Origin: an uncultured Pseudomonadota bacterium
Lineage (GTDB): Bacteria > Pseudomonadota > Gammaproteobacteria > Burkholderiales > Methylophilaceae
Reading direction: 5' to 3'
Length of the DNA: 21,170 nucleotides
Assembly (NCBI GenBank): GCA_903833595.1
Contig: CAILFU010000159.1
Coordinates: 1 to 21,170, forward strand
Part shown: piece after piece, positions 6,658 to 15,100 of the stretch
Layout: each line of letters opens with the position of its first letter
How positions within the stretch are numbered: position 1 is the first letter of the stretch
Position numbers and translations under genes: made by a program
The notes under the pieces: generated by a model
What the model was told of the DNA's origin: nothing
The model's input: only the letters and a program-made list of their open reading frames with translations
The model's database searches: none

Positions 6658-7722
6658 ATGGAAACGCAAACTTCAGTGCAAACTAAACCTACCGCTAAAA
6701 TCACTATTCCACCAAACGGCAATGTGATTGTTGATGAAGATCAAGATGAATTTGATCTAGATGATTTTGAACTGAACATATTTACGCCACAAACCAATAT
6801 GGCAAAACGCCCCAGTGACGTTGATGAGATTTTAGAACAAGTAGATAAGGTGCTGGCTAAAGGTAAGACCTTAGGCGCCTTGAATGACAAGTTTGTTGAT
6901 ACGTATGTGATCAAAGGCAATAAAGAGCTTTATGAGTTATTGGCGGCTATCTATGGCTTTATGCTACAAGTGAATGAGTCGGCCTATAAAGAGCATATTT
7001 TAAAACGTATGCGCGAACAGTTGAAAGATAGTTTTGACATTGCTTTACAAGAAAGCAGCACTGTTGAATCGATTGTTGTGCGATATGTGGTGCCCAAAGA
7101 TCGTCAAACAGCATTTAACTATGCGCGTGTTTTAAAGGTAGCTTTTATTGAAAACATCGCAGCAAAAGACTTGTCTGGCTACATTAGCGGGCGCGGTGGC
7201 ATTTCTAAAATACAAGATACGCTTGAGAATGTACAAAATGCAGTAGAGGAGAAAAAATCGATTAAGAGAAAACTGTCGTTATACAAAAAAATCATTTTAG
7301 CTAGAACTAAGGTTGCAAGTAAGCCTATTAAAATTAACAAAGGCAAAAAGCTAAGTCTTGTTCCTTATGGTACTAAACCTGCTATGTTTGACTTTGCTGT
7401 ATTGAGCAACATCGGCGGAGAAGACTACCGAATTCATCAAGTCGTGCAATTGCCTTTAGCTGTCGGGGATCAGTGGTTGAATTATATTAGCCAGAATGTC
7501 ATTGTGGATGATCTTGAATTGGTTCAAGATAAACTCGATGAGTTAAGGGCTAGACTAGGCATTGCTGAAGGCTATGGCATGCAGCCTGGTGATAAAGGGT
7601 ACAAGCCTTTGGTGATGAATCCACAAGCTGACGCTAGTGCAGAAGAAGTAGACGTTGATGATTCCAATGACTTGGAAACACCTGAAGAAGCCGTTGAACG
7701 GGTTGCACTTGAACATCCTTAA
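6658..7722 (+). CDS. Hypothetical protein, 354 aa, with acidic N- and C-termini
   Basis: The ORF is intact with a strong RBS (TAGGAGAATAATC-ATG) and is followed by a clean terminator. I saw no Walker, HUH or other catalytic motif. Confidence 0.8.
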   Translation: METQTSVQTKPTAKITIPPNGNVIVDEDQDEFDLDDFELNIFTPQTNMAKRPSDVDEILEQVDKVLAKGKTLGALNDKFVDTYVIKGNKELYELLAAIYGFMLQVNESAYKEHILKRMREQLKDSFDIALQESSTVESIVVRYVVPKDRQTAFNYARVLKVAFIENIAAKDLSGYISGRGGISKIQDTLENVQNAVEEKKSIKRKLSLYKKIILARTKVASKPIKINKGKKLSLVPYGTKPAMFDFAVLSNIGGEDYRIHQVVQLPLAVGDQWLNYISQNVIVDDLELVQDKLDELRARLGIAEGYGMQPGDKGYKPLVMNPQADASAEEVDVDDSNDLETPEEAVERVALEHP

Positions 7723-7747
7723 ATAGCAGGTTGGGTAAGCCGCCATA

Positions 7748-7768
7748 ACCGCCTTCGGGCGGTTTTTT
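7748..7768 (+). terminator. Rho-independent terminator between convergent genes
   Basis: The stem is AACCGCC-ttcg-GGCGGTT, followed by a T-run. It overlaps the stop codon of the minus-strand gene 7767-8141. Confidence 0.8.
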
Positions 7769-8141
7769 AATATTCACTGGTTAGCATTACTACCCAAAAT
7801 TCGCCTGACCACACCCCATACAGCCTAATGCTATCTAGCGGAAAATCCGTATATTCGACATATTGCTTAGCTAGCTGATTGCCATTGCCATCATCAATAA
7901 TAATGTTAGCGCCGAAGTTATTTTTGGTTAAGATTAGGCAGGTGAAGTATTCTTTGGCTAGATCAACCTCAATTAGATGCGATGCATATAAATCCATTAG
8001 CCAATAACAACTTGCCGTCTCAGCGAGATAATGAGCACCTTCAGTTAATACAGTTTTTGGGGAAATGCGCACATACTTAGTCGTGCCAGTGAAGTAGGAG
8101 AGGGCGTTTTTTAGTTCACGTGCTAGTGCTAGATCTGTCAT
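7767..8141 (-). CDS. Hypothetical protein, 124 aa, resembling the conjugative-element family I recall as DUF6876 (F.GT..Y.R ... LAE....YWL.D ... DGNG ... YTDFPL ... MLTSEY)
   Basis: The ORF is intact. The motif pattern is matched from memory, so the family name is not certain. It is preceded by box copy 2. Confidence 0.7.
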   Translation of the reverse strand: MTDLALARELKNALSYFTGTTKYVRISPKTVLTEGAHYLAETASCYWLMDLYASHLIEVDLAKEYFTCLILTKNNFGANIIIDDGNGNQLAKQYVEYTDFPLDSIRLYGVWSGEFWVVMLTSEY

Positions 8142-8193
8142 TTTCTGTGCTCAACGTTGTTATGTTGATACAAGTATTTGATCTTTTGACGCA

Positions 8194-8231
8194 ATGGACA
8201 ACCGAAATATGCCTCATTAAAGTCATCTTGG
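8194..8231 (-). promoter_or_regulatory. Conserved promoter-proximal box, copy 2
   Basis: ATGGACAACCGAAATATGCCTCATTAAAGTCATCTTGG matches 3297-3332 at about 30 of 38 aligned positions. It lies 52 nt upstream of the start at 8141. On the minus strand, TTGTCC followed 17 nt later by AATACT is a possible -35/-10 pair. Confidence 0.45.
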
Positions 8232-8290
8232 CATAAGTTATTTTTGACAGACGGCTTACTGGAAGGGCGATTCAGAGGCTATCAGTCGAC

Positions 8291-8315
8291 AACGGGCCAT
8301 AAGCGGAAGTTCGCT
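8291..8315. repeat. Right half of a short REP/MITE-like repeat (GGGCCATAAGCGGAAGTTC)
   Basis: It matches the 3' ends of the family (compare GGGCCAAAAGCGGAAGTTC at 11565-11583). It is immediately preceded by the direct repeat TCAGTCGAC (8282-8290). Confidence 0.5.
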
Positions 8316-8368
8316 CGGCAAATATTTTTTATAAAGACAACCTTTTACTGAGGAATTTTCACTGTCAC

Positions 8369-8761
8369 CTAATTTTTAAGTGATGTTTTGGCTGTGTTTG
8401 TTGTGCTTGAAGTGGTTCCATCCCCATATTTGGTAAAGACAGTTTCTGAGTTCACTGAGTAGAATACCGAACTAATACCAGGCACTACTGACACTACTGG
8501 ATTAGTAGTACCATCGGCAAAAGTATAGGTGATGGTTTTAGTAATATGGTCATCAGCCCATGTCACAGGTGCACTAGTAGCAACGTTAGTTACACTAGTG
8601 CCATTGGAGTAGTTAACAACCTCTACATTCGCAACGTATGTTTTTGATGTTACTAATGCACTTGGAGTGACTGCAACAGTATTGCCTACGTCCAACCCAG
8701 CACAAGCAGTTAAAACGGCAGAAATTATAAAAGTTATTAAAACTATAGATAGTTTAGACAC
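8369..8761 (-). CDS. Lipoprotein carrying one copy of the 64-aa module found in the S8 protease
   Basis: It has a signal peptide with a lipobox (VLTAC-AG) and a GTG start 16 nt after the upstream stop. TSAPVTWADDHITKTITYTFADGTTNPVVSVVPG parallels the protease repeat. Confidence 0.8.
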   Translation of the reverse strand: MSKLSIVLITFIISAVLTACAGLDVGNTVAVTPSALVTSKTYVANVEVVNYSNGTSVTNVATSAPVTWADDHITKTITYTFADGTTNPVVSVVPGISSVFYSVNSETVFTKYGDGTTSSTTNTAKTSLKN

Positions 8762-8777
8762 TGGCAGACATCCGTTC

Positions 8778-10097
8778 TTAATTAATAATTACTTTAGTGA
8801 GCATTTGCTTAGTCGTGAGTAGTGAATAACTAAGCACATAAATTGAGCATGATGCGAGACATAGCGCCATTAGCATGATGGTTGAATGCATAAATATCAC
8901 TGCTAAACCTGCATTGATAATTGTGGCGCCCCATATATAAGGGGCTACCCGATTGTTCCTGATACGCATTTTTTTAGGACACGTATTCATGAATTGACAG
9001 GCGGTTCCATCGTGATTGATTTGTATAGCTTGATGCACGCACGGCTTAAATTGATTTCTATTGAGCAATGATTTAAAAATAATCTGATGCAGATGACTGG
9101 CATCTGGCGCTGTGTTAGCAGTTTTATGAATAAATGTTCGTCGGAACATCGTAAAAAGCGTCTCAAACACTGGATAGATGAAGATGGCTAATGGAAACCA
9201 TGGGGAAACTGTTGGATTATGGTGCAATAACAGCAAGCAAAGTTCTGCTGAAATAAACCCGATAAAGTACGACCCGCCGTCCCCCAAGAAGATTTTTCCG
9301 CGCGGCCAATTCCATACTAAAAATCCAAGAATAGCGCCAATCATAATGATGCTGATGAAAACAATCATTGCATCATTCACCAGAAAAGCAGCTATTGTGA
9401 TGGCGGCGAGTGCGACAACCATCACACCACCGACTAAGCCATTGTAACCATCGATCAAATTGATGGCGTTGGTGAATCCCCCGACGGCAAACAATGTAAA
9501 TAGCAACGAGATTACTTCAATTGAAAGCAGCTTATCCATCCAGACTACATCTACATGATAAAGAATGAGTCCTTTATCAATAAGGCAAGCTGCGATTGCC
9601 GCCGAAACCATGGTAAGCAACAGGCGCTGTGCAACCCCTACATTCTTAAAGATGTCTTCAGCTAATCCACCAAAAAATACAGGAATGGAGGCCATGATTA
9701 ATGGCATGAAGTAGAAATTTTTATATAGCCGCGTCTCTTCAAATAAGCCCGATAAGACACATCCTGATAATGCGGCTATAAAAATGGCTACGCCAGCAAT
9801 TCTAGGTGTAGGCTCTAAATGAAATGCTTGTACCTTTCCAGTAAAAGGATCGGCAGTTAAATGCTGATGAAGATGTGCATAGCGCACAATAAAATCACAG
9901 ATGAGAAAGCTGACTATAGCTGCTAGCATAAAAACCAAGATGATATTGCCTATCATCGAAGCATTCACTGACATCAGATTATCAGGATGGCTATTTGTAT
10001 CCTTAATAAGCGGGTCGCAGAATAAGAATAGTGATATCACAACCACGAGAGTTGCAATTAAAAGAGGTTTAGATAATTTATTGTAGTGCTTATTCAT
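8778..10097 (-). CDS. Polyprenyl-phosphate sugar-1-phosphate transferase (glycosyltransferase family 4, WecA/MraY/WbpL-like)
   Basis: It is a polytopic membrane protein with NAINLIDGYNGL (the NxxNxxDGxDGL motif), FLGDGGSYFIGF (the GDxGS motif), LEPTPRIAG and PDASHLHQ. It carries ED where WecA has DD (LAEDIF). Confidence 0.88.
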   Translation of the reverse strand: MNKHYNKLSKPLLIATLVVVISLFLFCDPLIKDTNSHPDNLMSVNASMIGNIILVFMLAAIVSFLICDFIVRYAHLHQHLTADPFTGKVQAFHLEPTPRIAGVAIFIAALSGCVLSGLFEETRLYKNFYFMPLIMASIPVFFGGLAEDIFKNVGVAQRLLLTMVSAAIAACLIDKGLILYHVDVVWMDKLLSIEVISLLFTLFAVGGFTNAINLIDGYNGLVGGVMVVALAAITIAAFLVNDAMIVFISIIMIGAILGFLVWNWPRGKIFLGDGGSYFIGFISAELCLLLLHHNPTVSPWFPLAIFIYPVFETLFTMFRRTFIHKTANTAPDASHLHQIIFKSLLNRNQFKPCVHQAIQINHDGTACQFMNTCPKKMRIRNNRVAPYIWGATIINAGLAVIFMHSTIMLMALCLASCSIYVLSYSLLTTKQMLTKVIIN

Positions 10098-10182
10098 ACA
10101 TCACAAACCCGCATAGCGTATTAATTAAATGTCGATTTACATCGTTTCCTTAATTAATTATATATGAATATGAATATGAATA
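10094..10182 (-). promoter_or_regulatory. Promoter/leader cassette, copy R1 (includes the start codon of the transferase gene); (TGAATA)x3
   Basis: It fills the whole 88-nt gap between genes. Blocks of 16, 26 and 26 bp are identical to copy R2. The minus strand reads ...TTCATATTCATATATAATTAATTAAGG..., which contains a TATAAT. Confidence 0.85.
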
Positions 10183-10185
10183 AAT

Positions 10186-10764
10186 TTATAGGATAGAGGG
10201 GGTAATTTTTTTATGTAAGAGTGAAATTAGCCGCAGTATTTGGGCGATGAGATAGAAAATAATGAGGGTGCCGAGCATGTCCCCAACAAACATTGGGAAG
10301 AATCCCTTTAAACTATTCGCCCTATCAGTGAAATAAAAATAGAGGTTGCTTAATAAAGCGTTCGATAACGCACCAGTTATAGCAAAGGCTAACAGCTGCT
10401 TACTCGATAATCCTTGCAGTGTATCAGGGATGTTAAACCACCACTTGCAAGCACGTTTAGCTACCATCGGTGACATTGCTGAAATCACAGCTAAGTAAAT
10501 TACATAACCACTGAGTTCTGCTTCGTTAGTAATAACAGAGCCAATAAAAAGCCCTAGCACTCCAGCCCAACCAAAGATAAAGACAGAAATCATACGAATA
10601 CCAGCGGGTAGAAATACCCAGTACACACGTGGATTATATTCAAAATAAGCAAATAGCCATAAGCTCATTCGATAGAAAACTATCCAAGTAAGGACAACGA
10701 CAAAGACATCAATAATTGTAGATTTAATAATTTTCATTACTGCGGTTGTAGTGAGGTTACTCAT
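10186..10764 (-). CDS. Polytopic inner-membrane protein, 192 aa, about 5-6 TM; weak resemblance to MASE1-type sensor modules
   Basis: The protein is hydrophobic throughout. FLPAGIR and FVGDMLG recall MASE1 signatures. That assignment is tentative. Confidence 0.75.
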   Translation of the reverse strand: MSNLTTTAVMKIIKSTIIDVFVVVLTWIVFYRMSLWLFAYFEYNPRVYWVFLPAGIRMISVFIFGWAGVLGLFIGSVITNEAELSGYVIYLAVISAMSPMVAKRACKWWFNIPDTLQGLSSKQLLAFAITGALSNALLSNLYFYFTDRANSLKGFFPMFVGDMLGTLIIFYLIAQILRLISLLHKKITPSIL

Positions 10765-10842
10765 ACATCACAAACCTTATAGAGTATTAATTAAATGTCG
10801 ATTTACATCGCCTTTCTAATTAATTATATATGAATATGAATA
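10761..10842 (-). promoter_or_regulatory. Promoter/leader cassette, copy R2 (includes the start codon of the membrane-protein gene); (TGAATA)x2
   Basis: See R1. The two copies are about 90 percent identical by hand count over 82-83 bp. Confidence 0.85.
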
Positions 10843-10871
10843 GTTTTTATTATTGCGGTTATAGATTGCCC

Positions 10872-11222
10872 TTAAGGGTTCGCTGAATCAGTAAGACATT
10901 GACCTAATAATGAAAAGTAATGAATACTTAAAGGCGTGTGGCTGATGTATTTAATACGATTATCTTGCTCATCCATATCTAGGCTGATAAAACCTTTTGA
11001 TCGCAGCGCCTTTAAATGCCGATGTACGGTACTGGGCGACATTTCAGATGATGAACGCATAGTCTTAGATACGCTAAGTTTTGTATTTGCCTGCCATGCT
11101 AATGCAAAATAATTCAACAGGTGTTCTTCCATTGGATTTAATGCAGGGAATTGAGTGAGCTCACGAATGGCTTTGGCTAAGTTCAAAAACTTAATGTAAG
11201 TCAATGATGATTGTGTATTCAT
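10872..11222 (-). CDS. Small winged-helix (MarR/ArsR-like) transcriptional regulator
   Basis: SPSTVHRHLKALRSKGFISL is a typical recognition-helix-plus-wing segment. The 116-aa protein sits at the head of the minus-strand cluster and is divergent from the RTX gene. Confidence 0.7.
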   Translation of the reverse strand: MNTQSSLTYIKFLNLAKAIRELTQFPALNPMEEHLLNYFALAWQANTKLSVSKTMRSSSEMSPSTVHRHLKALRSKGFISLDMDEQDNRIKYISHTPLSIHYFSLLGQCLTDSANP

Positions 11223-11454
11223 GGTTGAGAAGACGTCTCAGAATAGTTGTTGAAGCGATATTATCATTAATCTACTACTTTGGTGGTAATTTGCAACCAC
11301 GTTGGTTATATACAACCAAATATATTATTTAATTATCCAGCTAAATTATTTTAACTAATTGATTTTATTAATTTTATATACATTTAGTTAATCTGGCGCA
11401 TAGTTTGCATATATCTCCCTAGATTGTAAAAAGTTTCTCCCTTATTGAACGGCC

Positions 11455-11590
11455 GCTAAGGGTCGGTAGCCACTAAATTCAACGTCTGCTTTAGGGCAGT
11501 TTCACTTCACTTAATACCATAGACCGCTTATAGATAGGCACTTTCAGATGGCGTATGGGTGCTTGGGCCAAAAGCGGAAGTTCAACATTC
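11455..11590 (+). repeat. REP/MITE-like structured repeat, diverged copy A
   Basis: GGGTCGGTAGCCACTAAATTCAACGTCTGCTTTAGGGCAG at the 5' end and GGGCCAAAAGCGGAAGTTCAACATTC at the 3' end match copies B and C. The centre differs. Confidence 0.7.
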
Positions 11591-11790
11591 AGTTAATCTC
11601 ATTCAATTAATCTTTAATTGAGACATTCCATTGTGGCAATCACATAAAGCGATTTGGTGCAACAATCAGTTGGGCGTGATTTGGCGCAAGAGCGCTATCA
11701 ACTCATTTTCAATAAAATAATCTGCAGGGGTCTTAACTGTAGCGGATATCCAAGAAGTTAGCACAATACTTTCTTTCGTATTTTAATTTT

Positions 11791-11838
11791 AGGCGTTTGC
11801 AATTTATCTATACGATAGATTGAGCAGCGCCTTTTTTT
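11791..11838 (+). terminator. Terminator-like extended hairpin plus T7 with no annotated upstream gene
   Basis: AGGCG...CGCCT forms a basal stem around an inner stem ATCTAT-acg-ATAGAT, followed by TTTTTTT. There is no ORF of 60 aa or more on the plus strand between 11223 and 11790. Confidence 0.4.
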
Positions 11839-12104
11839 AAATTAAATCTTATTTTTTCATATTCAATATCATATTAATTGTCATATTTATATTTATTTAA
11901 TTATTATTTGATTTATATCAAATTAATAAAAAATAAATGTAGTAAAGTGCATAAACCATGTCAGGCATTGCATCACACCGATGCCATACGAAGCGGTTCA
12001 TATTATTAATTGCGCGGCATTAATGATTAAATTTTTACGATAAGAAGTTTATTTTTATAAAAATATTGATGGGTATTTTGCGTTGCGTTTAAAGGAGTCT
12101 TTCT

Positions 12105-15100
12105 ATGACTATTGTAGGTGTCGATCTTAACGGAGTTTCCGATAAAAACCCGTTTAATGCAAATGGCATTGGACCTAATTCTAATTTTTATATTTGCCCG
12201 TTTTGGGATGCCGAAATAGGCCTTCCCTCTGGAATTATTCATCGATTAAGAATTAGCACGCCTTTCGATGTTGCTTCATTGCCTAGTGGTGTGGCACTCA
12301 ATTGGAATATTCAGGATACTTTAGTCGGGTTTGGTGGCGCGGCATACTCACATGTCATTTCCCTTTATGGAATCAATTTTACAATTACAACTGCCACTAG
12401 AACCGTCAACAACCAAACACTACACGATTTAAACATAAGCACGAGTAACGGCAACGTTACTGATGCAATATTTCAAGACATTTTACAAGGAATCTATCTT
12501 AGTTACGCTGGCGATACTATTTCATCCCATGTAGCAGAATTTGCCCTGACTGTTGAAGTTTCAAATGATGGCAATACTTGGCAAGGTGCGACTGCTGGGC
12601 AAGCTGGCGAAGTTATTATTGACCTAATAGGCAACCACCCTGTAATTGTGGGTGCAACCTTTAATAATAATCAAGTTGAAATTCAATTTAATCAAGCATT
12701 ACCTACCCCTGCACTTGGGCATGCCGGTGAATTCCCACAAGGCACACAGTTAGGTGATCGGACCGATCTTAATAGTTGGTGGACTTATGGTCAGCCAAAT
12801 ACCAGCCTTTTTACGGTGTTAGTCAATGGTGTAGTACAAACAGTTGTGAGTGCACTGATAGATGGCAATGTCATTTTAACCTTAGCACAAGCGATACCAA
12901 CGAATGCAACAGTCATAGTTAGTTATGACGCGCCATCGGGAGGAAATCAAATTACTGATGTGGTGCAAGATTGGCTGGGTAATGACGCGTTATCAGGTAG
13001 TGCTACTGCAAACTACTTGCCTAGAGGCGATACTCTCACTGTGTTATCTGGCGCAGAGCTAGGTTTAGATAGGTTTGTTTTAACTACAGATGCTTATGCT
13101 GATCAGGCGATTGAAGATATAGAAAATCCTGTTGTGACTGCAATCAACGGCACACAAATTACTTTCTTATTAAAAGACTCAACTTACTATGTAAACCCTG
13201 CTTATGATGCCAATGTTAATTCAGGTTTTATATCGTACGCTTATAGTAAGTGTCAGTATATGGTTGTTATGGATTATGCCAATCAAGATAATACCTACAC
13301 AGTGGGCACCGTCATTTCAAAAGCTCAGTTAGTCAATGATAATCCAATCATTGTTAGCCTAAAAACATCGGTTGTTGTATCTCAAGATGGCATTACCGAT
13401 TTAAGAACTTTTGATTTAGCTCAGGAAACACACAATCAACCTATTCATTTCAAAGATGCACTAGATAGTGAAACTGCCCAACTTTGGGGTAATGACACTA
13501 TTATTGGGGGTAGTTACGATGACGTGATTGAAGGGCACGCGGGCAACGATACCATAAGAGGTGGCTTAGGCGCTGATGTCGCCGTCTATACGGGTAATTA
13601 TGCTCAATATACTGTTGCTTATAATTCCGCAACAGGCATTTATACCATTACAGACAGTGTGGCGCTTCGTGATGGTATAGATACCTTAACTGGTATAGAA
13701 ACACTTCAGTTTTCTGATCAAAATATAAGTATTCCCCCAGACACCACCTCCCCTACTATCGCTATCAGCACTAACGGCAGCTCTTTAACAGTAGGTGAAA
13801 CAACCGACCTAACCTTTACATTAAGTGAATCATCTACAGACTTTGAGGTAGGGGATGTAACTGTTTCAGGCGGTACACTTTCAAACTTCATTGGCACTTT
13901 GAACAGTTACACAGCAAGATTCACCCCAACCCCAAACAGCACTACGAATGGTGTGGTCAGTGTTAGCAGCACTAAATTCACCGATGCAGCAGGTAATGCC
14001 AATGCAGATGGGTCAGATGCTAATAATACGGTGACGATGACCGTGGATACCTTACCCAATAAAAGCCCAACAGGCAAAGTCACTATCACTGGCACCGCCA
14101 CACAGAATAAAATACTGACGGCGGCTAATACCCTCGCCGATCTTGATGGCATCCCAACGAGTGGCGACAACGCCATTCACTACCAATGGCTAGCTAATGA
14201 TGTGGCGATTATTGGTGCCAACGCTTCAACCTATACATTGACACAAACAGAAGTTGGTAAAATCATCAAAGTCACCGCTAGCTATGTTGATAATAGAGGC
14301 CATGCCGAGAGCATGACTTCTGCGACCCCAACAAAAGCCGTGGTCAATGTTAATGACGCCCCTGTGTTAGCGCATACGCTTGGCGATCAATCTGCCACTG
14401 AAGGCATTGCCTTTAATTACACTGTGCCAAGCAACACCTTCAGTGATATTGATACTAGTGACACCTTAACCATGTCGGCTAAACTTGCCAGTGGGGCGGC
14501 ACTCCCTAAGTGGCTCAAGTTTAGTGCAGGTGTTTTTAGTGGCACGCCACTGGACGCAGACAGTGCAACCAGTATCACGGTAAGAGTCACTGGTACAGAT
14601 AAAGCTAAAGCGTTTGCCTATGATGACTTTATCTTGGATATCACTGGCGTGAATGTGGCCCCCACCGCAAAAGCCATAAGTGCGGCAGCCACCGCAACTG
14701 AAGGAAAAGCTTTTAGCTACAGCCTACCTAAAGGCACCTTTATTGATGGTGACAAGAATGATGCGCTGACCTACAGCGCCAGTAGCAAACCTGACTGGCT
14801 TAGTGTTGATAGTGCTACAGGTAAGCTTACTGGTACCCCTAGCTATACCGCAGCAGACAGCACCCCTACAACGGTAACTTTTGTGGCAACAGACAGGTCA
14901 GGGCTTACAGCTAACACGACACTCACCATTAAGCTTACCAACACTGCGACCATTAAAGGCACTGCCAATGCGGACACAATAGTCGCTGGGACAGGCGCTG
15001 ACAAGATTACGGGTTTAGCCGGCAATGACACTATCACCGGTGGGGCAGGTAACGACACCTTGATAGGGGGTGCTGGGAATGATACGTTAACGGGTGGAGC

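Noticed and set aside
2317-8315. The whole 6-kb block as an invertible segment flanked by inverted TGGCCC...GTCGAC / GTCGAC...GGGCCA repeats
   Set aside because: These arms are generic features of the dispersed repeat family. The 9-bp junction repeat is in direct orientation, which fits insertion/excision better than inversion.
2314-8368. tRNA or tmRNA gene as the integration target of the recombinase-bearing block
   Set aside because: I found no T-arm (GGTTCGAATCC-like) or cloverleaf-compatible sequence on either strand at either junction. The junctions instead resemble halves of the REP-like repeat.
1-8761. Diversity-generating retroelement (template/variable repeat) as an explanation for the repeated 64-aa module in the protease and the lipoprotein
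   Set aside because: There is no reverse transcriptase in the window. The two in-gene copies are identical. The differences in the lipoprotein copy are spread over all base types, mainly at wobble-like positions, rather than at adenines.
11291-11320. AACCA-cgt-TGGTT / CAACCA repeats upstream of the wHTH regulator gene as its autoregulatory operator
   Set aside because: The arms are only 5 bp in AT-rich DNA, which is too weak to claim without binding data.
12105-12700. LapA-type N-terminal retention module with a LapG cleavage site in the RTX protein
   Set aside because: No (T/A/P)AAG dialanine motif was seen in the first 200 residues (only GGAAYS), and no LapG or LapD-like genes are nearby.
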